A DNA stretch of 64,000 nt from Stegostoma tigrinum (Eukaryota): NCBI RefSeq assembly GCF_030684315.1, contig NC_081386.1:12285914-12349913 (forward strand), given 5' to 3'. A program made the position numbers and the translations under genes. Positions within the stretch are counted from its first letter, which is position 1. Every line of letters starts with the position of its first letter. Below the pieces are notes generated by a model, which made no database searches, was not told where the DNA came from, and was given only the letters and a program-made list of their open reading frames with translations. Shown one piece after another: positions 49,240 through 62,300 of this stretch.

Positions 49240-50760
49240 AATTTACTGTTCATTATGATCCGTGTCACTGAAATCAATCTATTAACCTCCGTTAACTGGA
49301 TCTGTGGCGATATCATGCACACACGTGCATGCAAGAGAGAAAGACAGAGAGAGAATCTCCAGCATGACCATAAAGTGCAGGAGACATGTAATTTCCCGAG
49401 CAAATACAGCTTCATTTTCTCGCAGTCCCTGTCGTTTCAGCAGCTTCAAACAGCCCCTGACCTGTGAAAAATTCTAACAAATTGGCTCCTGTTGTGGAGG
49501 CAAAGGTGCTCAGAATGAGGCGATGGTCGGCTGGTCCGAGTGTGTGGAAGGGAACGCCGCTTAGGGTCATTGCTAATGGCCCTGGCCTGTGTGACGGGAC
49601 TAGCCTATTCTGCACTGCTTTCTTTGCAAATTGCTTATTTTAATTCAAGCTTACAATTGCATCTGGCTCTGTAGGGCCGCGTGAAGACAGATTCTCCAGC
49701 TTGTATTTGTCCAACGGCCTGGGAGATGGGGAGGAAGTGGAAATCCCTAGAATCCCCAAATAGCAGGAGGTTTCAAAGGTGCAGGGTCAGATACGTTCGG
49801 CATTCTGTCCCAGCCCAATAGCCTCTACCAACAGTGAACTTCCCTATGAATGCAGAGGAGGTGCAGAAGGGGTTAAAGATTGGTGTTCCAGGAGTAATAA
49901 GGAAGGGGGAGTAAAGTGGACAGCAGAGGGGAGGGAAAGGTTGTCTGTCTCTCGCCAGGATTAAAGACATTTCAATGAAAAAAATAAAAGAAAGCAGCTG
50001 GATGAAAGGACCACTACTCCCATATAATGAGACAACGGAGTGGATTGAAAAAAAAAGGCAAAATGGTTTCGAAAAATAAAGATAATTATGCCTTACAACA
50101 ATTACGCCAGCTATGAAGTGAAATTATAATAGCCCTTCAAAACTAATTTCAACGTGATGAAAGCGGCTGTGCAAGACAGCAGAAAATCATAAGGTTTACG
50201 ATGCAGATCTCAGCTACAAAGATAGTGATCAGTTTATTCTCCGTACTTTCACGTTACCAGCAGGGCCCATCAGTTTCAGGATCGACAAGCACCGTGGTGA
50301 AGTTTGCAACGGAGTTAGCAATGACCGAGGAGTATATTGGGCTAAAATGATAAAACAGTCTCACACATAGACACCGAAGCAGGCGAATAATTAGCAATCG
50401 CCTTTGAAGTATTCGTTTCAGTTCCAGTGGAAATCCAGGCAGCTGTCATCTTGCGACCAACACATTTCTTTTTCTACCGAAAATCGACAACATCAGACGC
50501 CGAGAGTTAGTTTCATTCGCAAACGTCCCAGGTTTATATTTTGTCATTCTTCAAATACCAACCCCTCCCCCGCCACCAACCACCACCGAGCCATTACTAA
50601 GACGAAAATTAAACCTGGGCTTGATTAATTGAAACCGAGAATAAAGTTTAAACATTCAATCTTACTACAAGCAATTATGATCAAATGCAGTTGAGCATAG
50701 CACCTATGACAGCACATTATTTAGCACGAGATAAATGAATCACCGGCACTTTTTCGAGTG
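49240..50760. promoter_or_regulatory. TE-free CpG-retaining island, candidate promoter or enhancer
   Basis: More than 25 CpGs in 50030-50760 despite AT-rich composition; no recognisable repeats between ~47750 and 51250. Confidence 0.5.
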
Positions 50761-51255
50761 TAGTGCATATTTATTTATATTATATAAAATACACAATCTC
50801 ATTAGAAAGAGTTTGTGAGATCTTTATTTAAATACCATTTATGTACCTTAGGCTTAAATTGTTGTGACATGCCACCAATAATGAGTTGAACGAATTCTGT
50901 TTGCTAATAAATATTGACTCTAACAATGGGCTAATACTTAATTTTATCTGTCTACCTTTTCCCATTCTGTCTGCAATATCTATCCGTCTCCTCAGTGTAG
51001 ATCTTAACTTTGTTTGACAGTGAATCAGCAGCTCCTTGTATCACCCTCAATTTTTATTTTCGCAGGCCTGCTAATTTGCTGCCACTTTTATTTAACACAG
51101 AAGGTCAACAGACTCATCCCTGCTTCAAATAGTTAGTTAGATGTGTTTCTCGGTCTTAGAACCCAGTGTGATCTGGTAAGTCATCTTGCCTCATGCATGT
51201 GTTAACCGTACTAGTAGACACTGACAGCTATTTAACAACAGGAAGCATCACAATC

Positions 51256-51410
51256 AAGAAGCAAAATATTGCAAGAGTTTGTAATCTGTATGAAAAAAAA
51301 TACTGCTAGAGATCACAGCAAGTCAGGCAGCATCTGTGGAGATAAAACTACCCTGTTTTCACTCCATGAATGTTACCTAACCTGCTGTGATCTCCGGCAT
51401 TTTTATTTTC
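51256..51410. mobile_element. Old fold-back Penelope-derived mini-insertion
   Basis: tagagatcacagcaagtcaggcagcatctgtggag / ctccatgaatgttacctaacctgctgtgatctcc; flanks agcatcacaatc / agcattcaatc resemble a TSD. Confidence 0.65.
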
Positions 51411-51819
51411 AGCATTCAATCTGCCTTTTTAAATTTAAAAAAAAGGCATCCCCTTACAGCTAGGCCAACTTGTTCTTTCTCACCCCAGGATCATAAGCAT
51501 TAATGGCAAAATTTATCCAGTGGCTTTGCTTTGCCACAATTTTGCACAACACATGGTTTTGTTTTGTCCGAGGCAGAAAATACCAGTTGTTAGAATAGTA
51601 AAAGGTCATGAATTGCTTACAATGGCATCAATGAAATGGCACATTGAGTATCAGATTTTCTTTTTTTTAAGGTCAGGACAATTTAGTCAGTTTAGTTTGA
51701 TCCCGTTATCACAATCATTACCAATACATTTTGGGTCCAATCACTTTTATAAATATGGAGGGGAGCGGGGTGGGGCAGGTGAATTCTTATGATTTCATTT
51801 TTCCCTATTGCAAGACTTC

Positions 51820-52152
51820 CTTTTCTATTCATTCACAGTGTCACTGGCCAGGCTAGCGTTTGTTAACCATCTTAATTACCAAGAGGGAAGTTAACTGTCA
51901 TCACGTTGTGTGTTTGGAGTCATATGTAGGTGAGACCAACTAAGGATGGCCGATGCCTTTTTTAGAGGACTTTTGTGAACCAAATGGAATTTTATGACAA
52001 TTTACAGTGGTTACATGGCCAGCATTATTCTCTCCACCAATTCCAGATTTTATTGAGTTCAGATTTATCCATCTGATATGATAGCTCTCAACTCACATTC
52101 ACACAGTTGCCCATGATGCTAGATTACTAGCCCAGCAATATTACCACTTTAT
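51820..52152 (-). mobile_element. tRNA-derived SINE family A (old)
   Basis: tattcattcacagtgtcactggccaggctagcgttt...aattccagattttattgagttcag. Confidence 0.72.
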
Positions 52153-53843
52153 CGTCGCCTCCACCCCATCCCCCACAGTCACTGTGATTGGACTTTAAAT
52201 CAGATTTTACAAAGCAACCAGTGGGATCGAATATAATGCTCATCTGCAGCCACATGTGATGTTCATAGGAAATTTACTTAGCTGGCAAAGAATGGTGGGT
52301 TAGGACCCTGACACCCGTCAACCTCTGCTCCATTTAAGTCTGAAGTAGCATAACTTATAAATGGATTTCCTGCTCCATCATCCATTGATGCCATTAAATG
52401 GGCAATTAAAGACTAGAAGGGAGAAGTGGCAAGAACATACCAAGCACAAGACCAGAGCTATTCTACAAAGAATCTGCTTCTACACCTCCTGGCACTATGA
52501 ATTTGGGGCTTTTCTCTTCACAGCCTTTGCAGAGGGAATTGAATTTCAGAAACAACTAAAGGAGGAAATGTGAAAAGAAGAAAACCAGTAATTCTGCATG
52601 CAGACTTTTTGATTTACTTCCATGACTAATTTATTTGAGAAGTGATTGTGCCTTTCACAATCACACCAGACTTTAGTTAGTGGTGGGATTGGTAAATATG
52701 AACAGATGCAGTGAGTTTACAGCCCTCCATTGCCTTCCAATGTCACTCTGTAATCAAAAAGGACAAAAGAGAGGCCCATGCAATTGGTCTAAGCTTATCT
52801 CTCAGTTCTGAATAACAATAATTCTCCCAGGCTGTAAATGCTGCACTATTACATAGTCAATTTCTCAGGCAGGCAATGGGAAGTGACAATTATGCACATT
52901 GATTACTCTTGTTCTGTGTCAGAAATCTTGTCATTTTCTACACAAGCTGTTCAGATAAATATTTGTAAGGTAATTTTGAATAGCTTCTACTACTTTTTTC
53001 TATAAATAACAATTTGAGAGAAACAGCAGAATAATTCGATGGATAGAGGAAGGGTTGCTAATGCATGATAGAGTGGAAAATGGCAGTTTTCACCTGCCTC
53101 AGTTGTTTCATTGAGGAGTGACAACTCACACCATCAAGTCACAGCTGTGCATCGATGTGCAATATCCCAGCCTTTTGAACACCAAATCAAGCGACCAAAC
53201 CAGCATTCTTCAAAGGCAGGAAACACACATGATACACTCTGGCACGAAGATACACCAAGTTCACTTCAAGGGACTTTTATGGATGGATTGTGAACATGTT
53301 ATATTTCATAAAACCATGCCTTCAATGGTCAAGAGGCCAACTTGCTATCATTCTATACATACAACTTAATCACTGGTAGCCACCAAACAGAAAAAAAACA
53401 GCATTGTGGAATTCAACACATTTTGAACAATTGAAGAAGCCATCAACACCACCAAAATCATGACAAGGAGCTGCACATTCTCAGTGGGTCCAGATTCATT
53501 GATTTAAAATAGCTGAAGTTCTCCATTCCAAGTGCACTAAAGCCAACCCTATACAATGGTGACTTTGACAACTGCCCACATTGTGTGAGGCTATGAAGCA
53601 AATGAAGTTGACAGCAGAAATCAGGAAGTGAATGCCTGTGGAAGATGCGTAACTAACCTTCAATCACAAACAAATCATTTCCTCTCTATCCGATGGCAAT
53701 AACACCACATCTTGGACTGCACCACTGTTTACAAAAATGAAAGCAAAATATTCCTTGACTTCCTAAATGAACAAATAAATTTCTTGGTGGAACTCAACTA
53801 AAGCCAAATAGCACTGCTTTTGGGAAGCCATCAATAAAAGAGG

Positions 53844-55225
53844 GTGGCAAATGCCATTCCCTGGAATAATCCTGGAAATTACAGACCAGTCAGTCTGAGC
53901 TCTGTGGTGGGCAAATTATTGGAGAAGATTCTGAGAGATAGTATTTATGATTATTTGAAAAAGCACCATTTGACTAGAAATAGGCAGCATGGCTTTGTGA
54001 GGGGAAGGTCATGCCTCACAAGTCTTATTGAATTCTTTGAGGATGTGACAAAACACATCGATGAAGGTAGAGCAGTGGATGTGGTGCATATGGATTTAGC
54101 AAGGCATTTGATAAGGTTCCACATGGTAGGCACATTCAGAAAGTAAGGAGGCATAGGATTTAGGGAAATTTGGCTGTCCAATAGAAGGCAGAGTGTGGTA
54201 GTAGATGGAAAGTATTCATCCTGGAGCTCAGTGACCAGTGGTGTTCCACAGGGATTTGCTCTGGGACCTCTGTTCTTTATGATCTTCATAAATGACTTGG
54301 ATCAGGAAGTGGAAGGGTGGGTTAGCAAGTTTGCCAATGTCACAAGGGTTGGTGGAGTTGCAAACAGTGTGGAGGGCTTTGTGTAGGTTGCAATGGGACA
54401 TTAACAGGATGCAGAGCTGGGCAAAGAAGTGGCAGATGGAATTCAACCCAGAAAAGTGTAAAGTGACTCATTTTGGACAGTTGAATTTGAATGCAGAATA
54501 CAGGGTTAATGGCAGGATTCTCGGCGGTGTGGAGGAACGGATGGATCTTTGTGTCCACGTCCACAGATCCCTCAAAGTTGCGACCCAAGTTGATGGGGTT
54601 GTAAAGAACACTAATGGTGTGCTGGCTTTCATTGGCAGGGGAATTGAGTTTACGAGCCGTGAGGTTATGCTGCAGCTCAGTAAAACTCTGGTTAAACCGC
54701 ACTTTGAATATTGTGTTCAGCTCTGGTCACCTTATTAAAGAAAAGATGTGGCAGCTTAAGAGAGGGGCAGAGGAGATTTAGTAGGATGCTGCCTGGAGTG
54801 GAGGGCAGGTCTAATGAGGAAAGGTTGAGGGAGCTAGGGCTTTTTTCATTGGAGCGAAGAGGGATGAGAGGTGACTTGATAGAGGTGTACAAGATGATGA
54901 GAGGCATAGATAGAGTGGATAGTCAGAGACGTTTTCTCAGGGCGGAAATGACTATTACAAGGGGGCATAAATTTAAGGTGATTGGAGGAAGGTGTAGGGG
55001 AGATGGCAGAGGTAGGTTCTTCACACAGAGAATGGTGGGTGTGTGGAATGCACTGCCAATGGTGGTAGTGGAGTCAGATACTTTAGAGACTTCTAAGCCT
55101 CTTTGGATAGGCACATGGAGGATAATAAAATGTAGGGTATGCAGGGTAGATTGATCTTAGTAGGATAATACATCGGCACAACATCATGGGCCGAAGGGCG
55201 TGTACTGTTCTAGGTTCTATGTTCA
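53844..55225 (+). mobile_element. 5'-truncated CR1 LINE with frameshifted RT
   Basis: PGNYRPVSLSSVVGKLLEKI, QHGFVRGRSCLTSLIEFFE, VTSGVPQG..LGP, WQMEFNPEKC; tail gttctaggttctatgttc. Confidence 0.95.
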
Positions 55226-55511
55226 TTCAAGAGGAGATCTGAATGCCACAACACTGGAACATATGTCTGGTTTATTTGTTTCCATATCAGTGCTACCACA
55301 AATGAGGTTCTCGGGGAGAGTCCATAACTTACTGAACAAAAGAGCTGGAGGGTTTGAATGTGCAACAATCAGGCAAGCCCTAAATAGTGAATGTGCCAAT
55401 ACTGCCCTAATAATGTTTCTAGATTGTGCTGGACATCAATAATGGATTTAGTGTGGTGAAGTTCTAGACTTTATATACTCTAGTCAATCTGTCTGGATCC
55501 CTGTTTCCTTT

Positions 55512-56860
55512 TCTTCATTCACAAATTGTGAGGATTGCGGTGTAGGCCAGCATTTTTAACCAGTTTTCTTGGCCTTGATAATGTCGCAGTGATTCTGCTT
55601 TCTTGAACTTGCTGCAGTCTGTGGAGGGAATGTGTGTAGGTAGGTGGGTGTGTGAGTGGGGAATGGGGTGCAGCATTGCGGACTTGATGGGAAGTGTTCA
55701 GAATTGATGGTAGGTACACGCAAAGTGCTGACAGGAAGGAAGTTCCAGAATTTTGATTCAGCAACAATGAAGGGGATGGGGACATAGCTCTACGTCAGGA
55801 TGGTATGTGACTTGGAGGAAAACTTGCATTTGGTGGTGGTCCCTTGCATATGCTGTCGTTATTCTTCTAGATAACAAAAGTCATGGGTTTGAAAGGTACT
55901 GTTAAAGGAACATATAGGAGTGCAACTTATAGACAGCACATACTATTGCCACCGTGTATCCGTGGCAGAGGGAGTGAATGTATAATGCAGTGGGTGTGGT
56001 TTCAATCAAGCGGGATGATTTATCTTGGACAGAGTCAATCTTCTTGAGAGTTGTTAGAGTCGCACAATTCCATCACATTCCTGATTTATGGCAGACAGGC
56101 TTTGGGGATTCAAGAGATGAGTTACCCTGCACATAACTCATATCCTCTGACCTAGACTTGTCGACATGATATTTTATATGGCTGGTTCAGTTCAGTTTTT
56201 TTTGTGATTTTAACCTAACGGATGTGATAGTGGGGGATTCAGTCATGGTTATGCCATTGAATAGTGAAGAGAGATGTTTGGATTCTCTCTTGTTCAACTT
56301 GTCAATTGCCTGTGCAATTGTGTGACGTGATTGTTACTGAAAGTCCAGCACTGGAAATTATCCAGGCCTTGCTACGTATAAATGTTGACTGCTTTGGTAT
56401 CTGAACAGTTATGAGTGGGGCTGAATACTGTGTAATCATCATTGAACATCCTTATTTCTGACCTAATGGTGGAAGGAAGGTCATTCATAAAAAAAGCTGA
56501 AACTATTTGGGCCAAGGAAGTTGCTCTGAGGAAATCCTGCAGTGATGTCATGGGATCGAGATCACTGGCCTCCAAAAACCACAAAGGTGCTAAGTATGAT
56601 TCCAATAAATGAAATGTTTTCTCTCTGATTCCCATTGATCCCAGATTTGCTTTGATCTCAAAAGCAGTCATTCTCACCTCACCTCTGAAATCCTGGTCTT
56701 CTGTCCATGCTTGGGCAAAGGCTGTATGAGGACAGAAGCTGACTGGACTTGGAGGAACCTAAACTGATCAGGCTGTGGTGGAACAAATGCTGCTTGCTAG
56801 CCCTATCACTGGCTGAGCTAGAGATCAAAAGCTCAATGATGGGTCAATAATTGGCTGGAT
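55512..56860 (-). mobile_element. L2 LINE 3' part
   Basis: ORF 56372-56677 FMNDLPSTIRSEIRMFNDDYTVF (RT motif); 3' end ttcattcac. Confidence 0.8.
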
Positions 56861-57149
56861 TGTGTATCATCTTGGATCTGCTAATTCATCAATATATGAA
56901 ACCCTAAAACTTATAGGATTCCAAACTGGAGAATAGCAAAAACAAACCACTCAACAACAACATCAAGTGAGATTTACATTAACAACTACATACAGCAATG
57001 ATCATAAATTGGTCTGAATGGTCCCATTGTCATCTGCTCAGATGAAATGAAGTAAGATTCACCTGTAATAATTAATGGAAAGGTTGCCTATAGAGATGGT
57101 ATACCCCAGAACTCCTTCATTCATTGAGCCCTAGGCAATTCCACTGGAT

Positions 57150-58320
57150 GTGCCTCAGTTCCATCCCAAAAACAGGATGGAAGCTAATTTATTGTCATAG
57201 TAAAACTGGGCGGGGCAGTTGATGACCAGAATGGTCGAGGTCAATATCAATTATGTACATGACTGATAAACATCAGAAATGTACAATCCTCCAGAGAATT
57301 GTCCCATCATCGAGTCAGCAATCCTTGAGACGCGTGGAATTCTTGTGTAATTATGATTTCTGAAGACATGTTTGCCCCTTGTGATGACCATAGGGAGTAG
57401 ATTCCAGAAGAAATCGAGACAGATGCAGCTTTGGTCGACCTGCCTTTGGTTTATGGCACACTCTGGATGAAAGGACTGATGCTGAAGCTTGCAATGATTA
57501 ATCAGTGCTTCAGCTCCTAGCTCCTGCTATCCATTTGAAACAACAAAGTCAATGTGCCCCAATTATCAATCCTGAAACTCAGAACAAGGGTCAACATTGT
57601 TCAATGTCCACACAAGCAACATTTTGCCAACAAATTCGCACAAATCTGCATGTGTGGATCACCTCACCCTGGTGACACAAAGCACCACCTTCAACGAAAG
57701 TGAGCCCATATTGAATACATAAGAAACATCTTTCCAGAAGCAGATACTTAATTCAAAGCCCCCACAACATGTCATTGTATTCAATTTCAATAATGGAAAT
57801 GCCAAGCATGTGGAAATGACCTTTTCCACCATTGTAGTCTGACATGATCCTACTCTGATTTATTGTGATGTGAAGCTGGAGCTTCCTGCCAAGCATTTTC
57901 TGCCAAGCCAAAGTGCAGTGTGAACCTTGTCTAGGAACTGACAAACACATGCTGGGACATATCAGCTTTTTGACATCAGCAAAGATGACTGTATAGTCAG
58001 CTAACGGCATGGGTCTGGGTCTGATGTGGACAGTTGATGCCCACCTGAACATTATAATACTGGACCTTCTTAGTTAACCCTAAGGACAAGGCTGCCTGTG
58101 TTGTTGGACAATGCTCCCTTATCCGTTCACCACAATGTTATCAGAAATCCAGTGCATTGTCAAAAATGTATATCCTGCATACAGCAGGACCTCAACAATA
58201 CCCCACAGCACTGTTTGAAGTACCTGTGTGCTTCCTGTTAGGAGCTTTGATTGAGAGATCTTTAAGATGTGGCTGATTATTCTGATGGAGTGTTTCCAAT
58301 TTACTTGGCTGACAAGAATC
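57150..58320 (+). mobile_element. Highly decayed RTE-like LINE remnants
   Basis: Weak similarity to RTE C-terminal region and 3' end; no intact frame. Confidence 0.3.
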
Positions 58321-59074
58321 ATGGTACCAACAATGACTGAAATCTCTCAAAACCAAACCATACTGAATTAAAATGGGACCATGGAATTTCAAATGAATAG
58401 TTGAATATGTTTGGCTAACCAGCAAGAAAAAAATGTCAATTAATTGAATGCATTCGTGTGTGGATGTTTCAGGTCTTAGTTCCATATTATTATAAAAATG
58501 GTGTAAGACACTGGATTGTTTGCATGATTTTGATTATGAGCCTCACTTTGTTCATTCTTAGTGGACTTTGCTCAACATGGCTGTTATTTTGTCAAACAAG
58601 AGAGGATCACTTGATAATTATTGAGGCCAGTAAGTTATATTGTTCTAGCCAGTCATTGCGGCCAATGAGTTTGAGATGAGCAGCCGACAATTCCATAGGA
58701 ACATAGAAGAAAGAATTTCACAATTAGCATCCATAAAAGCTTACTTAAAAATAGGCAGTAGAGACTGGTATTATTTTAAATATTGACTTATATGTTCTAG
58801 TCTGAAGCCAACACGAAACATCAGTATAAGATACATTTCACATCTGATATCCAGAGCACATCTATCTTGGAGCTCCAAATTCCTCGTACTCATGTACATG
58901 TAACAAGTTGCGGAGGAGTGGGTTGAAGTGTTCTCATCAAGAAAAACTTGATATTTCAGGCCAAGAATCTAAGGCAAATGACAAATAACCTGAACTTTTT
59001 ATGAGGCGAGGAAAAGGGCAATATAAGTCTATCACTCCCCTGAATCAAAGTTGACAAGAGTAGGATATTTACAA

Positions 59075-59390
59075 AAGTTATTCATGGGATCTGGCTGTTG
59101 CTAGCTAGGCAGCATTTGCTGTGCATCCCTAATTGCATAGAGGACAGTTAAGATTCAATCACATTGCTGTAGGTCTGGAGTCACACATAAGCCAGACCTG
59201 GTAAGGACAGCAGTTTCCTTTCCTAAAGGATAATCAACAACAACGTAATTGTGACCATTCATTCTAAACTTTTATTGAATTCAAATTCCGGCAGCTGCCA
59301 TGATGGAATTCAAACACAAATCCACAGAACATTACCTGAGTCTCAGGATGAATAGCCTAAAGATAATAGGCCTATGCCAGTGTTTCCTCC
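59075..59390 (-). mobile_element. tRNA-derived SINE family A
   Basis: ttattcatgggat...ggtctggagtcacac...ttattgaattcaaattcc...ctgccatgatggaattcaaac. Confidence 0.8.
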
Positions 59391-62300
59391 TAATGTTTAA
59401 TGGAAAAATGTGGCTGCTGAAGACAAGAAGACATTCAGGTATGTGGTTTAAAGGAACTTGTTAAGTCAACGTCAATAAATAACGAGAATCTTAAAACGTG
59501 TAAAACCGCACAAGACCTGTTTACCAGGCATTCCCCTCCCCTGATCAGAAGATCAAGTCGTGACTTGAGCTGTTGGAAGAAAATGATGTGGATGAGCTGA
59601 GTTTGCCATTTTAATCACCCAGCTTTCACTGGCCAGACTGTGTGAATCTTTACTGTCAGTGTGAGTCAGTTTAATTCATTGCAACAATATGAGATTACAC
59701 CTTAATCTTTTCTCGTATTTATGATATTTCAACCGATGATAATATTATCTTAACTGTTTTTATTCTATTCTGACTCACTTTAAATTTGGAACCACTTGGA
59801 GAGCATATCTAACAAGCTCACTTTTGCGTAGTAATTTCCCCATTGTACAATAAAAACTACTTAAACTATGAGAGTTATAGAATGAGAAGAAAGTTATTAT
59901 ATAGCTTTTAACAGTTAATATTACGGTTTTGATGCAGGGTCCACTTATGACATTTGGAATGTATTTATTTTTAATTAATTGTATACCTAAATTGGCAAGC
60001 AACTGATACTGTTGCATTAATTTAATGGACTGACAAATTTATGTCAAAGTTTCTGTGACAGATGATATAAAATATGTTGCATACTTTAGTTCATGTTATC
60101 TTTTCCTTTCATACTGCCTGAAGAGAATTAGTTCCCATGTCTTGCATGATGAACACCATAAATTTATATCTCTAAAAACTGAAGGTCATCTTTTTATATT
60201 TTCATTTAATAAATTAAATTGGCAATGCATTAGTAAAACATGTCTTACACAGTCTTTCAGCTTTAAGTTATTGTTGGCATGTATACTTTCTATCAGAAAA
60301 AATTGTTTTGAGTTTTATTTTAATAACCATTCAAAATGATATTCATGAAAATGTGTTGCTTGCAAAATGCCAATTCCAATATAGAAAAAGGAAAACTTTA
60401 TACAAGTCAATGATTCAATCTCTTGATTAAACCTAAAACTTCTGAAGATAGTAATTCTCATTTTAAAAGACAAGTACGTTTCTTCCAAACACTGAAGATT
60501 ATGCATTCTGTTGTAGTTTATGCCGCCAATATGGAACTTAATTATTTCTCAAGAACATTCTTCCCACTCTGAAAACCAACAAACACATCAAACCTTCTCA
60601 AACCAGTTACAGTTGTTGTGGATTTGTTAGGTTTAAAACAAAATTCTGGACCACTGTATATGCCAACAGGGTGACACAAAAGCCAACACAGAAGAATAAC
60701 CCTGTTGACATGTATATTACTTTCATCAACTACTTTTGAGTCAGATTGGGACTGTCAAACTGAGATTTAATAAGTTATTTTCTTGTATTTATGTTCTGAA
60801 AGAATGTTCAGAATTGTCTGTTATAATGATTTCTTGATTCTCCTGGTTTCACATTTTAGATCTGATACCAGTCTTTTTTTATGGATCTTCGATCTTAATT
60901 TGTGAGGTAGCAAATAAAAGGTTAAAATTTACAGTATGCAAAACTTGGGGAATAATTTCAAGGGAACAATTCATCAGCGCTGCCAGAGTAGCATTGTTAA
61001 TAAAGAACGTGGCATTTTTCCTGTATTAGAGCATTCAGCAATTCTGTTAGGAAGTTTCTGATTTGCTCATGCACTGTAGAATGAATAAAATGGATTCTGA
61101 AAACTTGACAGCACAAGGTTTAGTGGCATTTTTTTTCTGGTCAAATTACTCTGTAAATGCCTTGCAAATAACAGCTTCTTTAAATAGTGTTCTTATCAAG
61201 ATGCTTAAAAAGATGAGATAATTCCACAGCAAAGTGGTGTCTTTCCAGTTAAACCAGTTTATTTAGCTGAATTAGTCAAGTGGCAAACTGATCGGTAGCA
61301 TGTTGAAGGTTGACTCTTCCTTGGAGTTTTCAAAATGTCCGCTGATCATACCATATAAGGGATGGGAGACAGCTTGGAAATGGCAGAAAATTTCCACGGT
61401 GCAGCATTTCGTGATTTCATATTCCACCAGAAATATCAAACGTTCAAAACAATGTAATATCCCTGTGAAAACACTGGAACGAAGACAGAAGAATCAGTCT
61501 GATTTTAGCCATATATGTTAGGGCTAATTGATAACTCGCAGGACTAACCACAAGGTAAAGGATTAAAAAAAAATCATATGCTGTCTTTACATCCTCAGGT
61601 CTCAGTAAAATTCACTTAGTGTCACTAAGCCAGTGCTTTAGACAAAACAGTAAGGCAGTTCCACAAGCATCTCGAAAACTTACACAATTTATATCAAAGT
61701 TGTATTAAATTGGTTACATTGCTAACTATAAGCTTGGGAGAAAAGAAACTTCCAAAGCATTTTAAAATGATTAAATTCATTGAGCTAAGAAACATCATAA
61801 ATACTGCAAGACTGACACTTCTCTGTAACATTTCCCTCTGTTGACTGAGATGAAAGTGGCCTTGAGAGAGAGAAAATGGCCACAAAAATACCAGCTTTTA
61901 AACTCTGAATATTTAATTTACTGATAAAAAGGACCTATTTCCTGCCTGAGCTGCACAAATAAAAAAAAAGCACATCTTAGGAGAGAAGCAATGAGCAGAA
62001 AATGACCTTTTGTGAGTGGAGATGAGAGAAGGTGCACAGCTAATCCTGAATGTCTCCTATTGGCTGACTGGTAGTGTAGAAAATGTCTCCATCTGGACTA
62101 ATCTCCTCTCAGTTGGATGAACTGAGACTCTCAGTGTTAACCTGACATTTTACAATAATTACCCTTTCGTCTGACCCGAGCCCAATCTTGCGCTCTCTTA
62201 TAAATATCTTTGCTTCCAACTCCTTGACTCTTGTGTTAGAGATAGTGGGGTTGATGATACGATAATAATATGAAGGGAGTGGGAAGTTGAAACACTGTAT

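Noticed and set aside
53100-53840. Possible very old LINE remnant
   Set aside because: Too degenerate to assign a family or boundaries.
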